Source: Candidatus Poribacteria bacterium
Lineage (GTDB): Bacteria; Poribacteria; WGA-4E; WGA-3G
Direction of reading: 5' to 3'
DNA: 64,000 bases
Assembly: GCA_965205015.1 (NCBI GenBank)
Contig: OZ242029.1
Coordinates: 4,352,001-4,416,000 of the forward strand
The position numbers and the translations under genes were made by a program. Shown piece by piece: positions 32,573 to 41,795 of the stretch (the first letter of the stretch is position 1; each line of letters opens with the position of its first letter). The notes beneath the pieces are model-generated. The model was not told the DNA's origin, ran no database searches, and was given only the letters and a program-made list of their open reading frames with translations.

Positions 32573-33406
32573 TTACCTTTTCAAAGCCACGAGTCCGAAA
32601 TAGATCAGTTGGGCAAAATAGAGGTGAATTGCGATTCGAGGCAACAGTTGACGAAAGAGTCCGATTTGTAAACCGATTGTTGCAAAGATAAAACTTAATC
32701 CAAACCACACCAGATAGTTCTGCAAGGGGATATCTCCGTTCATCCATGTCCAATAATCCAGTTTCACTGCCGCCGGTTCCATAAGCAAATCAAAGCAGAC
32801 CATTAGCAAAGCCACCAGAATAGCAGTCGGTGAGAGACTCGAATGGAAGGGAGGCAGATTGGACGGATGGGTACCCACCCGTCCTCCCTTCCATCTTTCC
32901 AACCGAGTCCGGAAAGCCGATAGCTGATATGCTAAGGATTTCGATGTAATTTTCTGAGCAACAGCAGTCGAGGCGACGAGCATCACGAACCAAGCAGCCC
33001 CGATGCTGATTGGCACATCCCCAATTGACGGCTGCAATGTCTGTCCGTACTGGTATGAACCGAAAATCTGTCCCGTCCGAACACCGAACCATTCAATACC
33101 GAAACTCACGACAAAAATTCCTATACCTACGATGGCAAATTTTGGTCGTTCATGCCGTGGGTATACTCGCCAGCATTCCCAAAATAGCCATGCCCCCAAA
33201 CCGATCATGATTGGTGAAGCGAGGACGCGCATGATTTCTTGGAACACACCGAGTACATGCCACAATCCACCGGCACCTAAAAGTAGATAGAGTACCCCTA
33301 TTTTATATTTTAATTTTACCTTGCGGAGTAGTCCAGTGAGTTTCTTATTTGAAGTTTTTTTCTCAAGAGTCGCCTGCACCGTTGTTGCAGACTTCGTTTT
33401 CGTCAT
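32573..33406 (-). CDS. cruF: Carotenoid 1,2-hydratase-like membrane protein (CruF/DUF422)
   Basis: E.FGV.TG.IFG.Y.YG, DLLMEPAAVKLDYW.W, PLQNYL.W; gene context; contains repeat-derived insertions. Confidence 0.75.
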   Translation of the reverse strand: MTKTKSATTVQATLEKKTSNKKLTGLLRKVKLKYKIGVLYLLLGAGGLWHVLGVFQEIMRVLASPIMIGLGAWLFWECWRVYPRHERPKFAIVGIGIFVVSFGIEWFGVRTGQIFGSYQYGQTLQPSIGDVPISIGAAWFVMLVASTAVAQKITSKSLAYQLSAFRTRLERWKGGRVGTHPSNLPPFHSSLSPTAILVALLMVCFDLLMEPAAVKLDYWTWMNGDIPLQNYLVWFGLSFIFATIGLQIGLFRQLLPRIAIHLYFAQLIYFGLVALKR

Positions 33407-34579
33407 TTAACTAAGTTTCCTATTTGAAGTTCTTTTCGCAGCCGCTGATTGCTGACTGCTGACTGCTATTTTTAGATCAATCTGCCGTCCTTTCCACTGC
33501 AAACGCCCCCGTCTGACTTGGCAAAACGAATTGATGCCAATCACCAATGTCAACAGTACACCAAATGGATGTAAAATTACGCTGGAAAAGAAAGAGTGCT
33601 TATATTTGAGTGCCAGCACCGTCCGCATAACGATGTTCATAATGATAGCAACGATTGCCGGTCCTCTCAGCGGCGCAAACCAGACAGTGATGTAGGGCAG
33701 AATACACATTGTAAATAGACTCAGGAGTAAAATAAAAAAGGGTATCATCTTGTAGCGGACCAGTCCAAACAGGTTTTTGGAAAATCCGTCCCAGACCTCG
33801 CTGAACGACTGATACATCCTACAAGATACCACACGCGTTCCCGCCGATGTCAAGATTCTGATATCCCTCTTTTTCGCCAATCGGCTGAGTTCAACGTCTT
33901 CAACAATCTGATTAGACACCGCTTGATGCCCACCAACCAATTGATACGCCTCACGGGTGAATGCAATCCAGAGACCGCTCGCCGCGGCAAGCGATGGAAA
34001 ACGGCTGAAGTAGGTAAGCCATAACGGAAGCCCGGCGTAAACGAACATATCCACTACCGGCACGACGAGTTTTTCTGCCAAAGTTATTGTCACTTTCTCT
34101 GGAAATGCTGAGAGCAAGCCAAGTTTCAGTTCCTGTATGTAGGCAACGGTATTTGCAATCGCGTTCGGGGCGGGACGGTTATCCGCATCCGTGAAAATGA
34201 GTATCTCCCCGTCTGCATGTTGGCTCAATTGATGACACGCCCAATTTTTTCCACTCCACCCTGCTGGCAACGGTTCGCCGCAGATTGCTTGAACTTCAGA
34301 GTACTGTTCGCCGAATTCTTCAATAATCGTACCCGTACGATCCGTCGATTGGTCATCAAGCACATAAATCTTGAAGTTATCGTAGTTTTGAGACAGGAAT
34401 CCTTCAATACAGGTGCCAATGTTGGCGTCTTCATTTCGCGCTGGAATCAACACCGAGACGCGTGGACGATTCTGAAGCCCTACGGATTTTTTCAACATCG
34501 GTGCAGTCGCAGCATTAAACAACGTGACTACCAAAACAACCGCCAACAGCACTATCGAAATAAGCATCAGGATAAACAC
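33407..34579 (-). CDS. GT2 glycosyltransferase (carotenoid glycosyltransferase, CruC-like)
   Basis: VSVLIPARNE, DDQSTD, GWSGKNWAC, FTDAD, VEDVEL, CRMY. Confidence 0.82.
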   Translation of the reverse strand: MFILMLISIVLLAVVLVVTLFNAATAPMLKKSVGLQNRPRVSVLIPARNEDANIGTCIEGFLSQNYDNFKIYVLDDQSTDRTGTIIEEFGEQYSEVQAICGEPLPAGWSGKNWACHQLSQHADGEILIFTDADNRPAPNAIANTVAYIQELKLGLLSAFPEKVTITLAEKLVVPVVDMFVYAGLPLWLTYFSRFPSLAAASGLWIAFTREAYQLVGGHQAVSNQIVEDVELSRLAKKRDIRILTSAGTRVVSCRMYQSFSEVWDGFSKNLFGLVRYKMIPFFILLLSLFTMCILPYITVWFAPLRGPAIVAIIMNIVMRTVLALKYKHSFFSSVILHPFGVLLTLVIGINSFCQVRRGRLQWKGRQIDLKIAVSSQQSAAAKRTSNRKLS

Positions 34580-34594
34580 GCCAACACCGGCCTT

Positions 34595-35254
34595 TCAATC
34601 CAGTAGATTTTGTCCCTCTTCTTGACGAAGAATCCGCAAAGCGAGATCATCTAACACTGCAGTTTCAGTCTGTTCAAGCCAATCCATCCCTTGAAATGTT
34701 TCTGGGGCAAACAAGTGGACATCGCCGAACAGAAAAAATACACTCGGACGCTTTTCACCGAGAAACTCGGTCCGAATTGCCAAAGGGAGCACTGCGATGG
34801 ATTTCCCATATTTCTGTAAAATCCATTCAACCCCGCGTCTGTAACCGAGAGGGCGCGTATGCCACGGCAACAGTTGCCCTTGCGGAAAAACTGTGACGAG
34901 CGGCATCTCTGGATTCAGTAATTCCACAGTGTATTCAAGGGATTCAAGAACACTACATCTATTCTCCGGTTCGATTGAATAAGCCCCTATTTTCGCGAAG
35001 AATTTGTATTTCGATAGCTGCTTTTCTAACATCATCAGATAGGCCGTCCGCCGGAAGATTTTTTTGTTGAGCAGATAAACGAAGAATCCATCCCACCATG
35101 TACTGTGGTTTGGCAGTAGTAACACCGGTAGATCGTCAGGTATTTTGGGTGGTGTTCCTAACAGTTGAATCTCATGGAAATTCCGCTTGAACACCCAAGT
35201 CAGATACGGTTGGAAGATAATGTCCGCCCAAAGACGGTGCTGCGCACGAATCAT
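34595..35254 (-). CDS. Acyltransferase (PlsC-like; putative carotenoid glycoside acyltransferase, CruD-like)
   Basis: NHSTWWDG and FPQG motifs; context. Confidence 0.78.
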   Translation of the reverse strand: MIRAQHRLWADIIFQPYLTWVFKRNFHEIQLLGTPPKIPDDLPVLLLPNHSTWWDGFFVYLLNKKIFRRTAYLMMLEKQLSKYKFFAKIGAYSIEPENRCSVLESLEYTVELLNPEMPLVTVFPQGQLLPWHTRPLGYRRGVEWILQKYGKSIAVLPLAIRTEFLGEKRPSVFFLFGDVHLFAPETFQGMDWLEQTETAVLDDLALRILRQEEGQNLLD

Positions 35255-36177
35255 TTGTTGATTATTCCTGAGTGGATTGGGAATAGTTTCTCCTGTGCCG
35301 ATAGGAATTTTGCCCGAATCCCCTCGTGTAACAGGATCCCAATTTTCTGGGTTGCTGGCACAAAGACTCGAGTTAAAAATGGGTCGTAATTGTGATCTTC
35401 AATCTTTCTTAAGATCCCGCGATAAATTTTAGCAGCCGAATAGATCGCATACTGCGATTCCGTTTCGAGCAAAGAAATACCCGGTATGGCTTCGGCGTAA
35501 TAGCGATCTGCACTTTCAACTTGAAATTTCATCAGTTCTTTCAATTGCGGTGTTAGTTTTTCTTCTAAGATGTCTTGCTCCGATACACCGAATCTTGCTA
35601 AATCCTTCTGTGGTAGATAGATGCGTCCCATGTCCTTATCCTCTTTGATGTCCCGCAGGATATTGGTGAGTTGCATGCCAATACCGAGTTGCTTGGCATA
35701 ACCAAACGCACGTTTGTCCTTATAACCGAGGACATAGGTCATCATCAGTCCAACAACAGCCGCGACCCGATAACAGAAAAGAGAGAGTTCATCAAAGGTT
35801 TTATACCGCGTCTTCTGGACATCCATGGCAACCCCTTTGAGCAAATCGAGTGGGTATTCAATAGGGATGCCATACGCCTTGGCGACGAGGATAAAAGCAC
35901 GAATAATTGGATGTTGAGACTCCCCTGTATTGTAAGCAACTTGTAATTCTTCTGTCAAGAGTTGTATCTCTCTAACGATTTCTGTTTCGGTGCGTTGACG
36001 GGGCGTATCAATCAGATTGTCGCAGTGTCGACAGAAACCGTATAATGCATAAGTTGCCCAACGCTTTTCTTTGGGCAGCATTCTTGCTGAGAAGTAAAAA
36101 CTTTTTGAATAGTAGGCGGTTATCCTGCGGGCATATTCAAAGGCGATCCGATTTTCTTCTGCTTTCCACAATTTCAT
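35251..36177 (-). CDS. crtB: Phytoene synthase
   Basis: YSKSFYF, YGFCRHCDNLID, CYRVAAVVG, QLTNILRDIKED, RIYLP. Confidence 0.93.
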   Translation of the reverse strand: MKLWKAEENRIAFEYARRITAYYSKSFYFSARMLPKEKRWATYALYGFCRHCDNLIDTPRQRTETEIVREIQLLTEELQVAYNTGESQHPIIRAFILVAKAYGIPIEYPLDLLKGVAMDVQKTRYKTFDELSLFCYRVAAVVGLMMTYVLGYKDKRAFGYAKQLGIGMQLTNILRDIKEDKDMGRIYLPQKDLARFGVSEQDILEEKLTPQLKELMKFQVESADRYYAEAIPGISLLETESQYAIYSAAKIYRGILRKIEDHNYDPFLTRVFVPATQKIGILLHEGIRAKFLSAQEKLFPIHSGIINK

Positions 36178-36321
36178 TTTTTAATTATCCCTTGCGGTTC
36201 GGCGAGGTGGGTTGGATCAATAACGTTCATTTTCGTATATCCGCCTGCGCCGTTGTTGCAGGCTACGGCTTCGTTAGAACTCTCGCGTAAGCGGAGCGGA
36301 ACGCAGCCCAGGGGTCCATAG

Positions 36322-37797
36322 TTAAAAGTCATTGATGACGAGTTTTACTGTCGTTTCTGCTGTCAGCAGGACACCCGGTACGCCTGCCCCGGGATGCGTA
36401 CTTGCGCCGACAAAGTAGAGTTTCTGTATATCTTCACTTCGGTTCTGCGGTCGAAAATACGCCGTCTGTGTCAGTGTTGGTTCAACACCCCACGCGCTAC
36501 CCAAATGGTTATTCCGTTCCCGTCTGAAATCTGAGGGTGTAAACGTTTCAAGCACTTCAATTGATCGCTTTAGATCTGTCAGTCCAAATCCATTTTCCAA
36601 GAACGTCAGCACTCTGTCCGTATATGTTGCCTTCGTCTTTTTCCAGTTGACACCGCTCTCCAAATTCGGCACTGGAATCAGGATGTACATGCTTTCATAA
36701 CCCTCTGGTGCCATTGATGGATCGGTTTGAGACGGAATATGGAGGTACATTGAAAAATCGTTCGGAAGCACTTTATTGTCAAAAATATCGGTTATCAACC
36801 CTTTGTATCTTTCAGACAGAATGAGCGTGTGATGCTTCAGTTGCGGATATTTCTTACGAACGCCGAGATAGAGCAGGAAGGCGCTCATCGAATATTGGGT
36901 CTTTCTGAGTTTCTTGTCGGACCATTTCCTACGATGTTCGGACTTAATAAGTTCGCTGTAGGTATGGAACAGGTCCGCGTTAGAAATCACGCCATCTGCT
37001 TCGTAAAATTGTTCGTTTGCAATAACGCCCTTTGCACACCGATTTTCAACAACGATCTGTTCAACCTCTGCCTCGGTTTCGACGACACCACCGAGTTGCT
37101 TAAACAGATCTTCTAAGGCACAAACGAGGCTATACATACCGCCCTTACAGAACCAGACCCCTCCGGTTTTTTCAAGATATGGGATCATCAGATAGACGGC
37201 AGGCGCCCGAAATGGATTGCCACCTATAAACAGGGGGTGAAATGAGAAAGTAAAGCGGTGACGCGGATCGTCAAAATACTTCTTAACGAAATCGTAGGCA
37301 GGTCTCAACGCTTGAAGCCGCAGTGCACGCGGCAGAAAACCGAGCATCGTTGGCAGATCGAATGCGGTTGCACCTAACCCATCCGTGATGACGGCATCGT
37401 AGAGTTGACGGGTATGTGCCATAAAATGATCGTAGTTATTAGCATCTGCTGTGTTGAACTGTGTCATTTGCCGTTTCATCTGTTCGCCATCGTCCGTGTA
37501 ATCGAGAGATGTCCGGTCATGAAAGTAGATGCGATAAAACGGATCGAGCTTCACCAAATCGAGGTAATCTTCCATCCGTACCCCAGCACATTCAAACAGG
37601 CGTTGAATCAAGTCAGGAGCGGTGATAATCGAGGGTCCCATGTCGAAGGTGTATCCCCCTTTAATCAGTTGATAGGCATGACCTCCAACTTTTGCATTCT
37701 TCTCCAGAAGTGTGACTTGCATGCCTCTCGCTTGCAGCCGAATCGCTGCTGCGAGACCGCCAAATCCTGAACCGATGATGACGATTTTGCGCTTCAT
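36322..37797 (-). CDS. crtI: Phytoene desaturase
   Basis: IIGSGFGGLAAAIRL, FDMGPSIIT, FVGASTHPGAGVPGVL. Confidence 0.9.
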   Translation of the reverse strand: MKRKIVIIGSGFGGLAAAIRLQARGMQVTLLEKNAKVGGHAYQLIKGGYTFDMGPSIITAPDLIQRLFECAGVRMEDYLDLVKLDPFYRIYFHDRTSLDYTDDGEQMKRQMTQFNTADANNYDHFMAHTRQLYDAVITDGLGATAFDLPTMLGFLPRALRLQALRPAYDFVKKYFDDPRHRFTFSFHPLFIGGNPFRAPAVYLMIPYLEKTGGVWFCKGGMYSLVCALEDLFKQLGGVVETEAEVEQIVVENRCAKGVIANEQFYEADGVISNADLFHTYSELIKSEHRRKWSDKKLRKTQYSMSAFLLYLGVRKKYPQLKHHTLILSERYKGLITDIFDNKVLPNDFSMYLHIPSQTDPSMAPEGYESMYILIPVPNLESGVNWKKTKATYTDRVLTFLENGFGLTDLKRSIEVLETFTPSDFRRERNNHLGSAWGVEPTLTQTAYFRPQNRSEDIQKLYFVGASTHPGAGVPGVLLTAETTVKLVINDF

Positions 37798-37799
37798 AT

Positions 37800-38020
37800 T
37801 TTTAATTATTCCTTACGGAGTAACGACGATATTTGTAGTTTGAGGTTTCTCGCGGTAGAGTCGCCTGCGTCGTTGTTGCAGGCTGCTGATTTTGATGATT
37901 TTCTCAATTGTAGTCCGTAACGAAGTGGAGGTGTTTTTGCTTGGGCGTTTCCCCTAGATATACGGAGAGGCACTCTATGTATCAAACCCACCTGCCCGAA
38001 CCGCAAGGTAAAATTAAAAA
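37800..38020. mobile_element. MITE-like element with TTAATTwTwCCTTRCGG ends
   Basis: Inverted ends TTTAATTATTCCTTACGG and CCGCAAGGTAAAATTAAAA; core CGCCTGCRYCGTTGTTGCAGRCT also at 36242-36264 and 33371-33393. Confidence 0.65.
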
Positions 38021-39495
38021 CTGTTTTCTGCAATCAGCGTTGCCGCTATTTTCCCGGACAATATTACCAACGGGATTCCGCCCCCCGGATGGACTGAGCC
38101 GCCTGCAAAGTAAAGCCCACTCAGAAAGCGACTTCGATTCGGTAAACGCCTGAACGCAGTGGTTTTGCTATTTGACGATACACCGTAGATACTTCCCTGA
38201 TTACTGGCATAAAGTTCAGAAAAATCTTCTGGTGTGTAAATCTGTTCTACCTCAATCTGATCTGCGATGTCGAAACCGAGCGTCTTTAATCTATCCAACA
38301 CACCCTTTCGCATCCGAATTTTTTCCTTCTCCCACATCTGCTCGGGGACCAAATAGGGCATGTTCAACAACACAAACCAATTTTCGCCCTCAGCTGGTGC
38401 GTGCGCGGCATCCGCTTTGCTGGTTATGGCAATGTAAATAGTCGGTTCATTCGGCACTTGCCGATCTCTGAAAATCTGTTTGAACTCGGTGCTATAGTCG
38501 GTGGAAAAGATAATGTTGTGATGTGCTAAGGTTGGATGCTTCGCTCTAACACCCCACAAGAATACCATTCCGGATAGCGACGGCTCCAATTGGTTTAGTC
38601 TTTCGCGTTGATGCTGAAGTCCATCAATCAATTCGCGATATGCTACGACGGCATCCGCGCCGCATAACACATAATCGGCATCAATCCTCTCTCCATTAAC
38701 TTGTACCCCATTCACCCGTTTGCCATCATGGCATATTTTTTCGGCTTTTGCTGATGTGTGAATCTGAACACCTAACTCACATGCGACCGCCTTCAATGCG
38801 TCAACCAAGCGGTATATGCCCCCTTTGATGTAAAACCCGCCCAATCTGTATTCAATGTACGGAATTATGTTAAGGGTTGCGGGAGCTTGGAACGGATCTG
38901 AACCGTTGTAGGTCGCGTAACGGTCAAAGAGTTGAATGAGGCGCGGATCTGAGAAAAAACGTGATACACTCTGGTGAACCGTCCGAAATGGATCAATTTG
39001 ATGAAACCTAAACAGGGTCCCAAAATACCGATGTCGCATGAGTTTCCGAAATTCATGGATCGGGGTAAACATAAAGATTTCGGCTGTTAGATTATGAATG
39101 CGTTCTGCGTATTTCAAAAACCGTTCATATGCCTTAACGTCGCTCAGGGATAGTTGCGCAATCGCGGTTTTCATTTTCTCCTTATCCGCACTTGCGTCCA
39201 TCACCGACCCATCTGGAAAAAAGTATCGACATATCGGGTCAATTGGTACGAAATCGAGATAAGTTGACCGCTTGAATCCAGCGAAATCGAAGAGTTCATC
39301 GATGATAGATGGCATTGTCAATAGCGATGCCCCCGTGTCAAACCGATAGTCCGTCAAGACGACTTCATTCACCTTGCCACCGAGTTTCGGATTTTTCTCG
39401 AATAACTGGACAGAGAATCCGAGTCGTGCGAGGCGGATCGCACCACTCAATGCTCCAAGTCCACCACCAATGACCGCTACTGTTTTATTTTCCAT
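38014..39495 (-). CDS. Second CrtI-family carotenoid desaturase/oxidase (CrtD/CrtP-like)
   Basis: VIGGGLGAL, FDTGASLLTM, YATYNGSDP, AGGSVHPGGGIPL. Confidence 0.85.
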   Translation of the reverse strand: MENKTVAVIGGGLGALSGAIRLARLGFSVQLFEKNPKLGGKVNEVVLTDYRFDTGASLLTMPSIIDELFDFAGFKRSTYLDFVPIDPICRYFFPDGSVMDASADKEKMKTAIAQLSLSDVKAYERFLKYAERIHNLTAEIFMFTPIHEFRKLMRHRYFGTLFRFHQIDPFRTVHQSVSRFFSDPRLIQLFDRYATYNGSDPFQAPATLNIIPYIEYRLGGFYIKGGIYRLVDALKAVACELGVQIHTSAKAEKICHDGKRVNGVQVNGERIDADYVLCGADAVVAYRELIDGLQHQRERLNQLEPSLSGMVFLWGVRAKHPTLAHHNIIFSTDYSTEFKQIFRDRQVPNEPTIYIAITSKADAAHAPAEGENWFVLLNMPYLVPEQMWEKEKIRMRKGVLDRLKTLGFDIADQIEVEQIYTPEDFSELYASNQGSIYGVSSNSKTTAFRRLPNRSRFLSGLYFAGGSVHPGGGIPLVILSGKIAATLIAENSF

Positions 39496-39499
39496 GTTT

Positions 39500-40168
39500 T
39501 TAATTATTTCTAAGTTTCTCGTAGAGCATCGCGTTAAAGAGCATCAGTGTGAATCCGTATCCGAAATCCTCAATGGGAATTGTTAAAATTCGGTAACCCA
39601 TCTGATACGCCTCACCATATAAAACCACAGGTCGCGCCGTGAGATAACCGTTGAATACCAAAATCAGACCTGAAACGATTGCTAAGTAGACATAAGTTTT
39701 TGATTGTAGAAGCAGGTCAGTTCGTAAAAATGTATCCACCAGTCCAACTATCCCAAAACAGCATAGCACCAGTCCAGTATACTGCTTGCCTATGCTGAAA
39801 ACCCATATACCCACCGGCACTGCAGCGTATAAAACCCTTCTGATATACCGAAGCGATCTCAGTTGTCTTGAGAGTTTTGCATCCGGCAATGTTTCCCATA
39901 CCAACAAGCACCCAAACGGAACTGTGAGAAAAAAAAGCCACTCTTCAATCGGCAAACCGAACAACCGGAAGTCAAGCGTATATGTCTCGTTGAACCACCA
40001 ATGTGAACCAGTGACAAGCGCGTCCCATATAATATACGGAATCATGACGATTCCATTCGTGATCAATTTCAATCGCCACTTTGATATATGCTTAATCTGG
40101 TGGTTAAGTTGGAATACTATGGGTCCAGCAGGCACAATGAGGTTAAACAGAAGATACTCAAATTTCAT
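39500..40168 (-). CDS. Membrane lycopene cyclase (fused CrtYc/Yd type)
   Basis: Two repeats with LPIEEWLFF and IPIEDFGY motifs. Confidence 0.85.
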   Translation of the reverse strand: MKFEYLLFNLIVPAGPIVFQLNHQIKHISKWRLKLITNGIVMIPYIIWDALVTGSHWWFNETYTLDFRLFGLPIEEWLFFLTVPFGCLLVWETLPDAKLSRQLRSLRYIRRVLYAAVPVGIWVFSIGKQYTGLVLCCFGIVGLVDTFLRTDLLLQSKTYVYLAIVSGLILVFNGYLTARPVVLYGEAYQMGYRILTIPIEDFGYGFTLMLFNAMLYEKLRNN

Positions 40169-40761
40169 TGATGGTTGACCGGGTCCTGAGATTTCAAGCT
40201 GCCTTTGAGTATTTGGAGATACGCCTTCTCACCCTCCGTCAGTTTCACATTTTCGAGCAAGAACGCAACAACATTTGTGATTAACTTCGGGTCATAGGTA
40301 TCCATCTGATACGGCATCAATTTTATAATTTTTCTGAAGTCGCGCTGGGCATCATCACCACGCCTGAAGAAGAACGGCAAATAGTAGCAGGTCGAACCGT
40401 GGATGAACAAAGCTTCAAGGTCATTCGGAGTTTTCTGTAACCCGTTATCCATAATCGCCAGACCGCGCTTCACCCATTTGAGTTTCGTGTGGGGAAAGAA
40501 AGCGTGCTTCCCCTTGAGAGCAATAAGTGCCCCCATGTAAACTTGGGTACGTCCAGTATATTTTGGCTCTATTTGCTCAATTCGTTCAAAAAGTCTAATC
40601 GTCGGTGCAATTTGCTTTTCATCTTCAACCGCGACGTAAAATTGTGCTCGCGCACGTTTCAGCATTTCTCCTATCGGTTCGTTAGATGCGAGTCCCTTAA
40701 CCGATAAGAAAAAAAGGAGTCCGAATGCCAGCGTTAGATGAATGAATTTGTTAAACTTCAT
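40165..40761 (-). CDS. Hypothetical exported helical protein in the carotenoid cluster
   Basis: Signal peptide (MKFNKFIH...), TPR-like helices, YYLPFFF motif; overlaps its neighbours. Confidence 0.6.
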   Translation of the reverse strand: MKFNKFIHLTLAFGLLFFLSVKGLASNEPIGEMLKRARAQFYVAVEDEKQIAPTIRLFERIEQIEPKYTGRTQVYMGALIALKGKHAFFPHTKLKWVKRGLAIMDNGLQKTPNDLEALFIHGSTCYYLPFFFRRGDDAQRDFRKIIKLMPYQMDTYDPKLITNVVAFLLENVKLTEGEKAYLQILKGSLKSQDPVNHQ

Positions 40762-41287
40762 TGGGAAAAATAGTTTTTTCTGATTGTTCAACGACGCGAT
40801 CCAACGTCAATTTGAACCAATACGTGTAGTTCTCTGGATTCTCCCGAATATCCTGCTTCAACGCCCTTATGTTCATCCACTTCCAATCATCAACTTCGTC
40901 CAGGTTCGGGATGGGTTGGCCGTTATAGTGTCCAATAAAGACATGATCCAGTTCGTGCTCGAATAGACTATTATCGAGTTGGGCGTGATAAATAAAACTG
41001 AAGAGTCCAGTCAATTCACAATCGAAACCCATTTCCTCATTGAGTCGTCGTCTTGCCGCGCTGTGATAACTTTCGCCCGGACGTGGATGACTACAGCAGG
41101 TGTTCGTCCACAGTCCACCAGAATGATACTTCGTTCGCGCTCGCTTTTGAAGTAACAATTCGCCTACGGCGTTAAAGATGAAAATCGAAAACGCACTGTG
41201 TAATTTACCATCACGATGTGCTTGCATCTTTTCTTGAGTGCCAATTTCTCTGCCCTTCGGGTCGACGAGTATTACATGTTCTTGCAT
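40751..41287 (-). CDS. idi: Isopentenyl-diphosphate isomerase type 1
   Basis: LHSAFSIF, LLQKRA..KY, WTNTCCSHP, EHELDHVF. Confidence 0.93.
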   Translation of the reverse strand: MQEHVILVDPKGREIGTQEKMQAHRDGKLHSAFSIFIFNAVGELLLQKRARTKYHSGGLWTNTCCSHPRPGESYHSAARRRLNEEMGFDCELTGLFSFIYHAQLDNSLFEHELDHVFIGHYNGQPIPNLDEVDDWKWMNIRALKQDIRENPENYTYWFKLTLDRVVEQSEKTIFPNEV

Positions 41288-41575
41288 TGCTTCTACTTAT
41301 TCCCTTCGCATCGGTTGTGCTTCATAAACCAATCTGTTGTCAAACAGCAGTTGATAGATTTTTTAGATGAAGTTGGGATGTGAATCTCTATAGACATTAT
41401 TACATATTGTCTATATTTTGTCAATAAATAATTTATACAATTTTACCCTAACTTCGATTTTGTATAGAAAATATGGAATCTGATAAAATCAGACGCCTCG
41501 ATAGTTATTCAGGGTAAATCGTCAATTCAAAAGGAAATTAAGGTTCCTTCTCCATCTAATTCTGAAACTTAGACG

Positions 41576-41615
41576 GATACAATTTCTTGACAAATAGTGT
41601 ACAGAATGTTATATT
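41576..41615 (+). promoter_or_regulatory. carH promoter overlapped by putative CarH operator repeats
   Basis: GATACA, TTGACA and TGTACA at 11-bp spacing (41576, 41587, 41598); TTGACA-17bp-TATATT. Confidence 0.6.
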
Positions 41616-41795
41616 AAATCGTGAGATTTGGATGTGAAAGCGTGAGCAGATAAGATTCGGTTTATGATAACTCAGCGCATCCGTGTGGTAAGATTCAATT
41701 TAACTGGAATTATATCTCTCGATGTTACCTCGTAGGCACCGAAGCAATCGGATATTCCATTAATGTAAACGAAGATAAAAATAAACAAGGAAAGA

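Noticed and set aside
37806-38033. 75-aa ORF between the two desaturases
   Set aside because: Lies entirely within the MITE-like repeat
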